The position numbers and the translations under genes are program-made. From assembly GCF_009914755.1 (NCBI RefSeq), contig NC_060927.1: a DNA stretch of 64,000 nt. The stretch is one strand, 5' to 3'. The stretch comes from the human T2T-CHM13v2.0 reference genome, Homo sapiens. The notes below the pieces were generated by a model. That model made no database searches. It was not told the origin of the DNA and was given only the letters and a program-made list of their open reading frames with translations. How positions within the stretch are numbered: the first letter of the stretch is position 1; the number at the start of each line of letters is the position of its first letter. Shown here piece after piece: positions 25,411-40,675 of this stretch.

Positions 25411-27924
25411 TGTTATCAAATGTTACACCTCCAAGAAAGGGAAACTAGAGACTAGTTGGAGGTGCCCCAGCTCATTAGAGGTAATATGTTCTTGAAGTGT
25501 TGACAATCTTTCCACTGGATGAGATGGCACTGATAAAAGATTTCTAAAGAACTTTCCTATTCTGGCCCCACTTTTTAGGGAGAGCAATTATGCAGGCTAC
25601 AGGGAGCTATCTCAGTGGCTAGAGGGAGAGAATAACCTTGAAAATTTCTTTCAGTTTTCAGTCCTCATTCTCATATTTGATATGAAGATAAACAGAGGAA
25701 CTTTGAGCCTCTTTGCATTCTTTCTTTTTACAATCTTGTGTTCTCTGAATTTTTTCTTCACTGTCTTCTATAGTCCTTAGCAGTCCTTGAATATACAGGT
25801 TATCCTCCCAGGATTTATAAGCTAATTAATCAATGACAAGTGCAGCCATCTCTTTGCTTAGGGACAGATTTCTGTTGCGTATTAGGAAATGTGTCCCAGA
25901 AGGCATTTATCTGTCTTTACTTGCCATTCATATTGAGGAGTGAGAATGAGAAAACCAATAAATGTTTTTTCCTCTTCTGTTTCGTCATCCTTTGTATGGT
26001 TTCTCATGTTTCACTGCCTCTTGTTTTAGTAGCACCTCAGAATGCCTGCCAGTCTGTTTTTGAGACAGTTTATTGGCTGTGATACTAAGAAACATACAAC
26101 TTATGTTTCTTAACTTTTTTCCTGCTGTATTTGCCTTTCCAAATTAATACCACAAATGACAACTATTTAAAAAGTGGGAACTTGTCAAGAGAGCTGAGGA
26201 AAAAATAATGTAATCCAGACTTCTGTGATATAATGTTAATGAAATATTTTGGTATGCTGAAACCTCAATTTAATGTTGTCTTGGTAAGTGAAACTGTCTT
26301 GTAATGAGTATCTTTAAGTCACAAAAACTTTGGAAATGTTTCCAAAGATAATAAAAGTTCCATAACACCAAACTTCATCTTGGGACAAAATGTATATATA
26401 ATTCCAAATACTTAATACTCTTTCTTCCAAGGATGAATCTCACTTCAGTTATGACCTCAAAGTTCTTTTTGCCCTTTGATAAAGGTAAATGCTAATCTTG
26501 GGAATCTTCCTATATATAACAGGGTGATTTGTCACAACATGGACAGTCTTAAGACCAGAAATTAGATACCAAATTCTATTACTCTTGTAACAGCTTTTTT
26601 AATCACAAGAAATTTTTCTATGATTTTTGAATTGTTTTAGATTTATTGTTTGCCTGGGATTTTTTTTTATCCTGGCTGCAAAAAGAAAAAGGTCAGATTT
26701 CCATTTAAAAGGAGTTTGTAAGTTTCCAAACAACAGAAGTTATTTCTTTATCCATTTTTCTCCTACCCGATTTGTACTTTCTCATCACTTGTTTGCCATC
26801 CAGTTAATGTACATCCAGTTTTGTTTTCTCACCTCTGTTGAGAAACGTGACTGAGCGATTAGTCCAATTTTATGCTATTATCTAACGCATCACACATATG
26901 TAATTGAAACAAAATGCTGTTGCATATAGACTTGTCTGAGTAGGTGCTTCAGTATTTTCTCACAAAGAGTTGGTATAAGCCTCTTTCCTCCAGAAACAAA
27001 GATCACTAGGCTCATCTATGTAATTTGTAAAACTAAGTGAAAAAAAGTGTAAGCCTACACTTGAAGGTGAGAAAGTCAGTCTCCTCTTCCCATAGTTAAT
27101 GGACAGGTGATTTCCAAGGGATTGCCAGCTAGGGCACTAGACATCTGGATTCGGGGTGGACAAGAGTTGACTGCTGGCTGCATCATGGAACTGCCAGGCC
27201 ACCTGACTGTGATGCATGCCTGATCAGCCTTCCTGTACCCACATCCAGGTCCTCCTTCTTCACCAGACCTAGACGCTGCCACCCTGTGTCTAGGGTAGTG
27301 GGCTGGAGGTGAGGCTGAGAGGAAGAAGGAAGAATTCGTCTATGGGAGGTGCTACAAATTGTGTGCCAGAACTCCAAGCTTCTGTTGCATGCATACTCCA
27401 TTGGCCCCTTGGACTTTACTTACAAAGCACAAACTCAATTTCAAGATTACCACAGAGGAGAATATTAAGCCCATTTGCCACTGCACTGGTTGCAAGCCCA
27501 CAAAGCCATCCCTAAAGATAACCACTATTTCTGTTGTGAACCACATATTTCAAGTACAGTATTATTTGCCTAATGTTTCAAATAGTTATTTATGAACATT
27601 TCTGCCCACTAGATTATAATCTATGGAGCAGTGTGATAAAATGAGTGATATCTTTCTTGGAATTTCTGTTATATTTTTGTAGCTGCTGCACTGCAAATAA
27701 TAGGCTTATTAATTGGACAAGCACAGAAAACAAAAATATGTGACTCAAGGAATATTACTTAAACCAGATTTTCTAGTTTATTTAAATCAAGAATGGTATA
27801 CTTACATGTACCATTTGCAAATATCTGCTTGAATGTTAAGTTGCTTTTCAGGTTTGACGGCACAGAAAGAGTGTAAGGAAGCTGATTATTGTCATCTGAG
27901 AGTGGTCCTGTGCTAATTGAGTGC

Positions 27925-28070
27925 TTTTCAACCCTCACTGCAGGTTGCAGTCACAATCATTTTGGAATTATTTTATAAACATTATGCATGGGCCCCTCAC
28001 TCAGAGATTCTGATTTAATTGACAAGTAGATGAGGGCCTGGTCACTAATGCTTTTCAAAAGCTCATAGGA
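27925..28070. mobile_element. MER5-like hAT-Charlie fragment
   Basis: gggcccctcactcagagattctgatttaattg...ttttcaaaagctc. Confidence 0.5.
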
Positions 28071-28099
28071 GAAAGGTGTATGAGGGGAGGGGTTGAAGC

Positions 28100-28446
28100 G
28101 TGTGTCAGTTTGGGTAGTCAGCTGGAGTGTCTATGCATGGCCTTTCCATGGGGCTTGGCCTTCTCAGAGCCTGGCAGTTGGGTTTTGAGAGAGTCTCCCA
28201 AGAGCAAATATTGCAAGAGACCCAGGTAGAAGCTGTGAGGCTTCCTGTGACCTAGCCTTAGAAATTCCAAAACATTCCTTCTGTCACATTCTATTTGTCA
28301 AGCAAGTCACTAAGGCCAAGCCAGATACATCAAGAGAGAAATTAAGTTCCACTTCTTGTTGGTGGAGTGTCGGGATCATATTAGAGAAAAGAGTGTGGGA
28401 TGTAAAATATTGTTGCAGTTAGCTTTGAAAAATACAATCTGCCATG
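28100..28446 (-). mobile_element. MLT1 (MLT1H-like) MaLR LTR fragment
   Basis: ccaggtagaagctgtgaggcttcctgtgacctagccttagaa...cttctgtcacattctatttgtcaagcaagtcactaaggcc...tttgaaaaatacaatctgcca. Confidence 0.75.
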
Positions 28447-29698
28447 AAGTGTTATAGCCCTTTAAAGTCATTTTAGGCAGAACTACAATATTAAGGGGAA
28501 AAAAGTCAAGGAAATAGCTCAAGATGGGGTTTGTTCTCATTATGTTTGAATTCACTAGCTAGGCTTTTAAGAGTTACCAGCTTGTGATTTCTAACTCTGA
28601 TTGTAAAAAGTCTATTCATTTTTAAATTTTTTTGTGATGGTAAAGTTACATTGCTGAGTTATAAAAAATGAAAGCAATGCTAAATTAAATAGCAAAATCT
28701 CTTTATGCTACTATATTTTCCTTCCCAGCTCTACTTCAATAAAGGTAATATATAAAATCTAGGATTTGGAAGAATAGTCAATTTAACTCCCTAACTTTAT
28801 GTTTGTGTATTCAAAAATATGGAACACTGAAAAGCCTAAATTTTATCAAATCTTACCTTGGCTTGACCTCTTGGTAATTACTGCATCAATTAGGGTATTC
28901 ATTAATTCTTTGTTGAACTTGATTCGTTACAGCCACCAGGTTTATTTAGCAACAGGTATTCACCCACACTTGCCTGGCTTCATGTCTTTCCTGGGCATGG
29001 TATTGTTCTGGAACTTTACAGAGGAAGACACATTTAGGTTCAGTCTTTAGAATCGCAGTGGTATTGTTTTGATGCTACAAATGTTTATTCAAAGTTAGAG
29101 AACAGTAACATAAAGTTTTCTCATTCAGCATATGTATAATATCTATTGAGCAACCTAAACTTATTTAGGCAACCTAAAATGAGTGTACAGTACATATAAT
29201 ATGCAGATATTTTATGTGACTCTAAGGAGTATTCATCTTTGGTGAGAGCACACTCAGCAGTATTAAATGAGGGATACAGAAGCATCTGTGCCTTCATTTT
29301 ATCATACAGAAATTTACACTTATCTCATATTTTCTTTCCAAGAACTATGAGCTATAATTAGTAGTGGAATCCTTGGCATAGATCACTAGGCCAGTCTTGA
29401 AGTATAAGTTGGCACATTCATTTCAGTGGCAGAGATTCAGCCATAAGGAAGAATCATGAAATTATGTGTACTTGAAAGCAGTCAGAGTTACTGATGCAGT
29501 GTAGAGGTGTTAATCTCTTACTATTCTGAACATTTTTTTTTCTAAGAGGTTCTCCTCATACATTGCCACATGATCTTAATATTTTTATTTGCCTTTTTAA
29601 AAAGAAATAATCATCAGTACTCCTCAGTTTCCCTTCATCTTGACATCTCTTTGACTTTTATAAATGCAAGGATGAACACCTTCCTACTCCCCACTTTT

Positions 29699-30037
29699 CA
29701 GTGTGCTCCTAAGTGAAGGACCACCTCCTTCAATACTACTCAGTACTCACAGAAAAGTAGGTCCTTAGACCTACTCTACAACTATAGAATCAGTAAAATG
29801 CTGACAAATCTGCATTTCAACAAGTTTCCCAGGTGATTCTCGCAAGAAATTTTGAGACTCGCTGCCCTAGTGTCTTGCTACCTTACATGCAGTCTTAGGA
29901 CCAGTAGAGGGGACATCCTTTGGGAGCTTATTAGAAACGCAGAATCTCAGGCCCCATCTCACACCTACTGGATCAGAACCTGTATTTTAACAAAATGCCC
30001 CAGTGATTGGTATGCACTTAATGTATGAGACATGCTG
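29699..30037. mobile_element. Two adjacent MER5A/MER5A1 elements
   Basis: aatctgcatttcaacaagtttcccaggtgattct, and gggagcttattagaaacgcagaatctcaggcccca..cctactggatcagaacctgtattttaacaa. Confidence 0.7.
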
Positions 30038-30221
30038 ATGTGGAGAGAAAGTTAAGTCCAGATTCCTAAGCATGTCAAATGTGGCTCAACATGTTTACTT
30101 CCTGTGTGTCCAGCTCCTCCTTCTGCCCCCACATGGGGGACATTCTACCTGAACCATTCACCCTATGAAGATAAGCCTTTTAAAATTGCAGATATGCTAC
30201 CAATTTTGAGCTACAAAATAG

Positions 30222-30604
<383 letters not shown>

Positions 30605-32292
30605 ATATTTCACATTTTCCTATTTTAACTGTATTCTCTGACTCAACAAATCTACTACTAATGATGGAAGCTTTTATTATGATTTCCCTTATAATAATAC
30701 CAAAACAGAATAAAAATATATTTTCTAAATTTTAATATAAATAAAAGTGATATATAAGCACACTTGCATCATGCAAATTTTATGTTCCTACATTGCAGCT
30801 AATTATGGTCTTAGTTAACAAAATTATGTCTTTAAGGGAAATGTCCATGTTTCTGAGGTTTGAAGCCTATGGTATATTCTTTTTATGAAATGGCAGCTCT
30901 TCTTAAGATGATGATAGGCATCCCTACATTTACTAATTTTGTAACTTTATTGTGTTGCTGCCTCTACTGATAAAGGAGAGGGTTGGCAGGTCACCCCTGA
31001 TTTTATTCCAGAAGAAATAGGAAACTAGAGAACAGCTTTACATCTCAAGTTTTTCTGCTGCGATATAACTATGACAAAGACCACAGCTTGGATAGGTTTC
31101 AGTTTGGCTAGAGAATGCATACTTCACATATGCTCTTTGACTTTGGCAATGTTATCTCTCAGGATTTTCCTTTTGGATGGCAGGTTTTTTTTCAGATGAA
31201 TATATTCTTCATGAAAATGAGATCTTAATAAATCTTTAACTCCAATACTGCAAAATCACACATATACTATATTTATGAAAAAAAACTGTGAGAAGTTTTC
31301 ACTGTATACCAAATACTAACAGATAAATTTATCCAAATTGCCTGGCCAGAGAATATCTGAACAATTCAGATTATCCACTTCAATAAATAAAAACTTTTAT
31401 TATTTTTTCTGCTTATGAAAGTAATGTTTGTTTCTTATACACACTATAAATCCATCAGTGATATAGGGGAAAGTTCAAGCTCATAGTAATAATCATTGTA
31501 AATATTTTATCATATATTCTTTCAGATTTATTTTTCTGCAAATACTGTGTTATATATGTTATGATCTATATAAAGCATGAACAACTAGTACTAATGCACT
31601 GGAGGGAATCTACATATTTCCAGAATAGAGCTACAAAGCAGTTTTGATCAATGGTCATGCTATATATTGGCCGTAACATGCTCCTGAAGGGAAGGGAATG
31701 TACTGTTTTTCTCTTTGTGTTTTGCATGCATATAACTGTTATAAGTGTTTTACTAATATATACTATGAGCAGTAAAATATTAGAAATCAATGTAGTATTA
31801 AATGAAATGCTTACCCCAGTGTTTCATTTAATTCTGTTATCTTTGTCTGAAACATTAAGAAGTTTTAATGTTTATCCTTTTTCATGAACAAATGATTTGT
31901 ATACTTTTTGAAAAATTATTAGTTATTTTTCTTACTGATTTGAGAAGAAAAGTTCTAAATTGAGAACACTAATGCTCTAGTGTCCCTTCAAAAATATTCT
32001 TTCTAAGGAAAGAAGTAGAAACTAATGTTTACTTTGTAGTGGGCTTTATTAAGCAAGAAACTATCACTTAGTCTTTTTCACTCTTATATTTTGAATTTAA
32101 TTCTTTTTACCTTGAGAATAGCTTAATTTATTCATGTTTGGGTGTTTTTCAATATTTATGAGTTTATATTCTGGTTGTTTAATTTTTTTCAATATTTTGA
32201 GTTACCACAAGTAAAAACCTCCAATCTTCATTTCCTCTTCCAAGATATGTGTGACTTACAGAAAATCTATTAAACTGACTAATGAATACAGC

Positions 32293-32347
<55 letters not shown>

Positions 32348-32365
32348 ATACACACACACACACAC
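32293..32365. repeat. (CA)n microsatellite, about 35 units with a few TA interruptions
   Basis: Directly visible. Confidence 0.97.
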
Positions 32366-33139
32366 CAAGTTCAGGGTCAAGGCTTAAATATCACAATTGA
32401 TCAAACTTAATGAGGATAAGGCATTTGAGACACTTGAATGGAGGATGCTATTCATAGTTCCAATGCTTATATGATAATTATGAAAGGGAGACCCAAATGC
32501 CCTTTATCTGTGAAATTCTTTAAAGAAGGGGAAAATCAAGTTATTATTCTAGTATGATATTGTTCTTTAAGATGAGTCTTAAAATGGACTGTTCATATTA
32601 ATTATCCTGGAAAACTTTTGAAATGCTATTCATCAGTAGCTTTGGACTAGATTTAAAGCTTGGATCAAGGTCAAGGATAAAATTACTTTGCCTAGCAAGA
32701 TTATTACCTTTGTGACTGGAATTTGACAGATGCTAAGTATTTTTACTTGAGATTCTTTGTGTTTTTATTTCCTTCTGTTTAAGAAACAAAAATGGAAACT
32801 ATTTTACCCCCTTTCTAGGACTATATGCTTTATATTCTGAAGTGTCAGAGGCAAAGTTCATCTGTCTTTACATGTACCTTTTACGTCTTAGTAGCTCAAT
32901 TTATGAGAATATGAATGAATGCAATAATAGTCATGTCCCTTGTAATCTTTGTGTAATTTGGAGATTAAAGACCACTGCAACACAGGATGTTTCACTGATG
33001 TCTTGATATCTACCATGAAGAAGGTGTGTGGCTTTTTAAACATAATAAAAAGAGAGGACAAAACTTCTCTATTGAGAAGTTTTAAATTTAGACTTATAAA
33101 AGCTTAAATTTAAAAATTTTAAACTTTAAATTTGAAGTT

Positions 33140-34030
33140 ATAAATTTAGGAGACACCAAAAGATAGGCTTCATTGACATCACCTCTGCTGACATCACCTC
33201 AGCAGAAAGAATAAAGGAAGAAGGAACCAGGTGAAGTACCAAGACTAGGGGCAGTCTGACACCTAAAGCTCTGACAGAAGAGGAAAGTTCAGCAAGGGCC
33301 ACACAACTACAAATGCATTTTTATCCCTACTTGTTGAGTTTAAGGATGACTTTTCATTAAGCACTGAGATAGGAGAAAAATCAGAAGATTATTCTGTCAT
33401 AGAAACCAACAGAAAAAAATATTTCAATAAAGAGAAGATGGCCAACAGTATTGGCTGCTGCTGACTATGAGGGCTTGGTAAAAGTAGGTTCAGTGGAGTG
33501 GAGGGAACTGAAACCTGATTACAGGAGAGTGAATGGGAGGCAATATAATGCAAATGCAAGGATAGAACACTCTTTTGATAGGTGTTATTGAGAAGGTGGA
33601 ACAGAGAAGGGCAGTGGTCAAGAAGGAAGAATGAGAGGACTAGAAATAGGTTTTCTAAAAAAGAGACCTTTGAACATGTTTTGATGCTAATGGAAAAATT
33701 CCAGCTTAAAAGAAAAAATAAAAAACAATGATGATAGATGGAGAGGAGATGATTTCAGCAGTAATGTTCCCAAGAGGTGTGTTTGGGTAGAAAACATGAT
33801 GAGCCCAGCTAAAGGGCTCAGACTTTCATCCAAGCAGGGGCAAGGTGTGTCTTCCACAGAAGGAAGGCAAATAATGTGGGCACAGATGCAGAATACCTAG
33901 CAGGTTTAATAATGAGAAAATGGAAATGTTCCTGCTCTTTTGCATCTATTTTTTCCTCATGAACTATGAGACACTGAGAATGACAAGGATGGTTGAGGAG
34001 GTGGGTGTGTTGGAAGGTAGAACAGAGAAG
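33140..34030 (-). mobile_element. L2 fragment
   Basis: gagataggagaaaaatcagaag..tgtcatagaaacca, ttcagtggagtggaggg..aaacctgattaca, gatagaacactcttttga. Confidence 0.55.
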
Positions 34031-36249
34031 TACTAAAATGATTAATCCTACCTATCTTTTAGGGGTGTAGTTTAAAGGAAATCTCTCAGGTTATCACCAA
34101 TGAACCATACTTAACAGATAAGGAAATATGGAATAATAGCAAACTATAAGAGTGCCCAATGCTAATGATAAAGAGTAAGCAATACTGTATAGTAGTTTTA
34201 TTCTCTCAAGTCTGACTGATGCATTTCCATTGCTTCTTAGCAGAAGTAACTATTTTTAAACATTGAAAATTATGGACACTATTTATTGTGGCTTTCTTTG
34301 AAGAGAAATCTCTAAAATAAGTGAGAAGATTTTCAGTATTAGTCTTTGAGTGAGTTTATTGAAACCAATAAAATATTCCTTTTTTGTGGGAAGGTGTTTC
34401 AATTTGCCTTTTTCCTCCCCATAAATAAGGAGTGATCACCCCATTCAGAATGAATGTAGGGTAGCTTGTAAAATATCTATGTTTGGGGCAATAAAACTCA
34501 CCTAGAATGATCTTGTGCCTCTGCTTCCTCAACTCATTTTCTTCTTTCAGCTGTGCAGAACGTTAATTGTGTGAAGGCCACAAGGAGGGGACACAGCTTG
34601 CCCTTAGAAGTACTTTTGAGGACAGATTTTATCATGCTTGATAAAAATGCCTATTCTACAACATAGTCTATGATCATGAAAAGAGATCCTTCTGATCTTA
34701 TAGTTTCTTCCGTGTGGGTGTCGCATGTTCCTGGATAACTCTAAGAAAGTAAGGTCAACTCTGGCTGGAAATAATGCTCTGTTGTGTTTTCATTGTTCTT
34801 GTTTGCTCATCTACTAATTGACAGCAATAAGCTAAACCTGGGTTTTGAATAATTAGAGGAAAAAAGTTATAGGCCAAAAATTTATACCACCTAGAAATAT
34901 GTGTACATATTTATTATGCGTTTCCTTTTCTCCTTGGTGTTGGTCATCTAAGAATGACCTTTTACTATAAAGTACGATTTCCTTCTTAACATTATAAGCA
35001 TTTATAAAGTCTGTGTATTTTCATTTTAACTTTCTTAAATTACAGACAAATAGCTTGAGGATTTAAAAATTACATTATTTAATGCAACACAAAAAATGAG
35101 GAATCAGGTATTGTTGAAATTTGAAATCAAAGAAATACAGATTTCAAATGACTTAGTACTTTTTATTTAAGTTTAAAATATTTTTGAGAGCTTATTTATG
35201 ATTTACAAGTTGAGAGTAATGGAAATAAGCAAGTTTAACTTTGCAGAAATCTAAAATCTGTATCCCCTGAAGAACAAACATCTAAAATGTTGAAACAGTA
35301 CCTAGGTACACAGAATAAAGTGAATATAATCATAAATTTTAAAGACTTGTAGACTGGAGCCAATTTGTAAAACATTTCTGAGTCATCAGTGATCTCATTA
35401 AAATGCAGACTCACACACGGTGTTATAATAATATGCATTTTAGCATCAACTTCGTATGCCTCCATCTCTGTTATTCTCATCTACAAGACAGTTTAAAATA
35501 TAAAATTATATATTTTTTACTTAATTATGTCTTAGTATTAGAATGTTTTGTTATTTGTTAATACATATCCTCATCATACGTATACATATCATGTGCATGC
35601 TCTTTGGAGATATAATAGTTGATAAATCTAAGAAATATAAATATGTACAGTACCTATTATTAATGTATACCTGCCAGTGTATATTTATGATACATGATAT
35701 TTTTCTTTGCTCTTTTAGAATGATTGATTTTTGTCTCTATGTAGCTTTTATGGTTAGATTGAGTGATGATTTTCTCTCTCAGAGGTATCAGTGGAAACAT
35801 TTCTAACTGCCTGAGGCAGTCATATGCCACAGCTGGCACCATATTTAAACTACTTTTCCACGTAAGTGCATAATTTGGTCACCTGGTGATAAGCAGCAAA
35901 AAGCTACAAAAGGAGATTTTCCAAAAAAAACAAAAAGTTTTATTTTTAGTGGGCTAATTCTGCACTTTTGTCAATTAGGCCTTTCAAGGTAGATAAAAAC
36001 ATTTGTTTGCAAATTAAATAAGTCAGCAAATTTCAGCAAGACTCAGCAAAACTCTGAATGCCATTTTCTAAAGATGCAGTCATATACTTGTTAGGCGTAG
36101 ACAATCAGATACTCTCTATGACATTTAGTGGCTCCCCAGATATTGAAAACCTTTTAAGTCAAAGAAAAAGCAACACTATTGGCTAAAGGAAAGTCAAGAC
36201 AATAACAAATGAAATGAAAATATTAAAAACATTACGTAAATAATTATTC

Positions 36250-36543
<294 letters not shown>

Positions 36544-38120
36544 AAAACATGACATAAATAATTATTCAAAAAGATATATTCTGGAGAAAAAAGAAGATGG
36601 GACAGATAATTTAAATTGGTAAATCTTTTTATTTTATATTCAAATTTATATTTTTCATTATTTATGTATTCATTTTTATTTCAATGTCCAGTTCTGATTT
36701 ACTTGTTCCTTAAGGATAAATTTCTTAATGAAATGACAGGTATATTTGCTCTGAGTTACTACGATATCAATAGTTTAAACACAGAATGATTTAGTAAAAA
36801 ACCAGACATCCATTTATAGTAACACTTTGGAATTACCTTAAAAATCTATTTTTAATGTTTTATATTTTTAAAATTACTGCCTATTTCTTAAGAATGTCAT
36901 CAAAACATGTTCTATTCCAACGACAAAAAATATGAAAGTATTTATAGTGACACTTTGCCAAACCACTGTCTAATCTGATTAATTCCCTTGCTTTCCCAAT
37001 ATTGTCTTTGCTAGGATACAGAAAGCCTACTTTCATACCTCTGCTAACCTTTGTGATACTATTAACTCTTAACCTGTTTTGGAGCCTGTTCTTTAGGTTC
37101 CCTACTTTCTGCTTATTAATTTTTGCTTCCAAAATAAAAGGATACTCTCCTGTAATGAATATTTGTATCCTTGAAAAAACACGTATGCACAATTCAAGGC
37201 ATCAGCAGATAAACGTGTTTGTCCCCATGGAAGCCAGTGGAATGATTTGTTGCCCCTCTTCCCGTCTGTCCCCACAAATTATGCTATGTTGGAAGCTGCT
37301 ACTTTTGCTTGTGCAGCTTGACCCTATGTCTCTCTACAGAGAATTGAACTGTCAGCCTTTGAAATAACAGAATAATTTAGGTGATGAGGTTTTATTTTTT
37401 TTTTCTTCCTCGAGGACCATACTGAAAAACATACTACTTTATATAGAGATAAACCCTGTATTCTGTAACAATGGTAAGAACAGTGCCTCTTTCAAAATGG
37501 CATTTATGAGATAAGTGAATTGTTCATGTAATAAATTTGAGATAGAAGTTTCTCTCAGAAATATTAATTGCAACAAGATAATTAAGCTTTCCGGGGATCA
37601 GAAGATTGAGAGAAATAGGATAATTTTGGATTCTAGGTAGATAGTGAAAAATTACTTGTAAAAAAGAATTATGATTATTTTTATTGGGATAAGAAAATAA
37701 GATGCTGGACTGGAGGTCACTGAATAGCATTATTTTTAGGAAATGTTAATTCATACCCTGAGTTTTGGAAAAGACCCAGAAGTGGTAGTCAATTTGCTAC
37801 ACATGTCCTCCAAATGTTCCCAGATGCCCAGTGGGGGGTATAATCTACAAATATGGGGTGACCAGGCTAGCTCTCAGCTGGTGGTTGATATAGTTCATTC
37901 AGCTGGGCCAGCTGTTTATCAGGCTAAAAATAAAAAGAAGAGTGCATTTAAAGAGACAAAGGACTCAGTAAGAGCTAATAAGAATTCAAGGTAATGTCGA
38001 CTTTTCAAATATTTAGGGGAAGGCCGACACAGCCCAGTTAATGCCAAGTTTCAATAGCACATTCAATCCAGGCACAGGTTAAGCATTTTGGGCTCTCTGC
38101 TTGCTTCAGGGGAAGTGGTA

Positions 38121-38295
38121 CAAGGCTTTAGACATTCAGGTTTCATGGAGCCTGAAGCCAATACAATGCAAAAGACTTTAGTAAAAGTAATACAAAATTA
38201 TGAATACATAATTAGTTTCAGGGCCTTGGATGGGGCTCAGAAGTGAGGAGGACTGAACTGTAAGTTTCAGAAGCCTCCTGGTAAATTTGCCTCTG
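38121..38295. mobile_element. MER53-like hAT element
   Basis: caggtttcatggagcctgaagc..aatacaaaattatgaatac..cagggccttgga..ggtaaatttgcctctg. Confidence 0.6.
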
Positions 38296-38390
38296 AAAGC
38301 AGAAATGGTACCCCTGTCAGTTTCAAGGGCAGGCCTTCCAGAAGGAGTAAGAGCTGTAGCAATCAGGTAAGGTGTGGACTAAAGATAGAA

Positions 38391-38569
38391 CAGTGGCAGC
38401 AAGGACTAAATGTTAGAGTCACCTGGGAGACTTTTAAATAAAACATTTCTATGCTCCAGATTTCTAGAGATTAATACCCAAATTGTCTGGGATGGTGCCA
38501 GGTTATTGACATTATTTAGCTCTTGTCCCTCCTGTAATTCTAAAATGCAGCCAACGTTTAAAGCTACTG
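38391..38569. mobile_element. MER5B-like hAT-Charlie
   Basis: ttagagtcacctgggagactttt...taattctaaaatgcagccaacgtttaaagctactg. Confidence 0.55.
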
Positions 38570-38599
38570 ATAGTTAATAATAATTGTGGTGAAGATAAT

Positions 38600-38815
38600 T
38601 TTGGAGCTACCATATAGGGAACATCTCATACCAAGTGTGAGATGGCACTGTATCAAACACTTTATAGGAATTATCTTCTTAATACTCATGACCTGCAGAG
38701 ATATGTGTATCTCCCCATCTTAACAAGGAGGATTCTGAGCTCCAGGGAAGTGCCTTAGCTCATACAGCAAGTGCAGGAACCTGGATCTAAACTCTAGCCA
38801 GGCCTGGCTCATTTT
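38600..38815 (-). mobile_element. MIR
   Basis: atctccccatcttaacaaggaggattctgagctccag...ctggatctaaactc. Confidence 0.55.
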
Positions 38816-39809
38816 ATACCCACATATTTCTACCTCCTTAGGTAGTAGCATCTTTGAGAGGGCCACAGAAAAAGCACAAGCCCTCACAGAAAGAACCAGA
38901 CAGCTGATTGTCTACCACTAGGGCAATTTGTAAGGATTGTCTGCCAAAGAAGTCCTGGGAAGTCCAGGAACCTCCACACATACCTGCAGAGACAGAGGTC
39001 ACTGTTACCATATCTGGATGTCAAAAAGGTCTTTTGGAAACCAAGGTTTTATCCTTTTTTTGTTCTTCCCCTCATCTCCTCACCCCCAACACCAAGGGTT
39101 AAATTCAACATCAGTAGCTGTGGCACAAGTCCTCCTAACACCTTTTGTCCTCATTCACCCCGTCACTTTTGCTGCTCACAAAGTGCTCCTTGCTCCCTGG
39201 GTAGATACTACTACCCCTGTCTGTAGGTTTCTTTTTTTTCCTCCATTAATGCTTTCCTTGCCCCCTGCCCCCGCTTCTTCCTATGCATCATCTGTAGCCT
39301 ACTGAAGTGTGTTTTTATATACCTGTGTATACCCGGATATACACATTGGGAAATGCTTCCCAATTCCTGGCTTAAACTCTTGTGCTCCATTACTCATTTA
39401 CCAAATAGAAGTGTCTTCAGCTGCACTTAATTTCAAATTCCTTGGTCATGTTTCGGTACCTCCCTTTCTCCTGATAAGTGGGAAATTTCATAGCCTGGGA
39501 ACTGAATGGGTCCATACTAGCCCAGGTACAATTTGAGAAGCTTAATATCATAATGCACTTAAAATAACCTGCAACAATCGAACACCAATCTGTACCTTTA
39601 TAGGAAGTTTATGCACCATGGTTTACCCCATCTAGCTGGAAGTTGGCTTCAAAATCAGCCAGGCTCCCCATTGGCCCATAAAATTAGTGGTGTCCATGCA
39701 AGGTTCCTAACTTGTCTGGACATGGGATAATTCCCACGGTAGCTGTGACTTGGTGATTTGCTCTGGTTCCCTTCTCCCCGAATAAATAGGCAGGTGAAAT
39801 GCAGAGGAA

Positions 39810-40010
39810 GGAGCATGGGAGGTAGAGCCAAAGTCTGGCATTCAAATCCAGCTCCATTGCTTTCTAGTTATGAGACCTTGTATAAGTTAGTCACTCTGTC
39901 ATCTCCTGTATAAAATTGAAATGAAATGCCTACCTGATATAATTTTTATGTGTGGTAACATGAAAAACTCTTTTGAAATGTGATTGGCACGTGGGGATGC
40001 CTAATATATT
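39810..40010 (+). mobile_element. MIR
   Basis: ttcaaatccagctccattgctttctagttatgagaccttgtataagtta. Confidence 0.55.
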
Positions 40011-40480
40011 TTTATATATGGTTTTTAAATAAAGATGCTTCCCTTTCTCAAGAATGTGTCTATCATTATAATTCTTTCACAGACACCCCCTTTTCTGGAA
40101 AAGCCTTTTAAAAATTTTTCATAACCCTGGTTATACTCATTTTGTGTGATTCCAATAAGCTGTTAGAAAAAGCAGAGCATGTTGTTTAAGGTGTAGAGAT
40201 TCCAGATATCACTAAGTTTTCTCTCCCTGCCTGCTGATTTCAGGTTCAGAGTCAACCCTAATACATAAATTAAGAGAAATCATTAGAAAATATCTCGAAC
40301 CCTCCCTTCTTGTTAGTGTAACATGTGTTCAGTCAGTACTAATTTATGCATGACATTAAATTTCTTTCCTCTGTACTGAAAATGTGCTCTTTTATTGCTT
40401 TCAGGCAATTGATTAAATTCAGAAACACTTATATTCTATCCTGTATAGAGAATAGAAATAAAAATATGTGATACTTTTGT

Positions 40481-40483
<3 letters not shown>

Positions 40484-40517
<34 letters not shown>
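40484..40517. repeat. (TA)n microsatellite
   Basis: Directly visible. Confidence 0.95.
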
Positions 40518-40519
<2 letters not shown>

Positions 40520-40559
40520 TAGGAAAAGATGAAAGGGAAAGTAATGTATATTTTACATA

Positions 40560-40675
40560 TCAACTCATTCATAGATCAGCAAATTGTTATTGAGTGCATA
40601 CTCTGTGCCAGGAACCATTCTGGGTATTAGGGACATAGCAAAAACTAAACCAGACAGAAATTGTGGACCTCATCT
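40560..40675 (-). mobile_element. L2 3' end
   Basis: ttattgagtgcatactctgtgccaggaaccattctgggtattagggacatagca. Confidence 0.65.

Noticed and set aside
27268-27294. cctagac..gtctagg hairpin enclosing a CTCF-like gctgccaccctgtgt
   Set aside because: Only 7-bp arms and three core mismatches to the CTCF consensus; compatible with chance.
33174-33203. 15-bp tandem repeat tgacatcacctc(t/a)gc
   Set aside because: Ordinary slippage duplication within L2-derived sequence.
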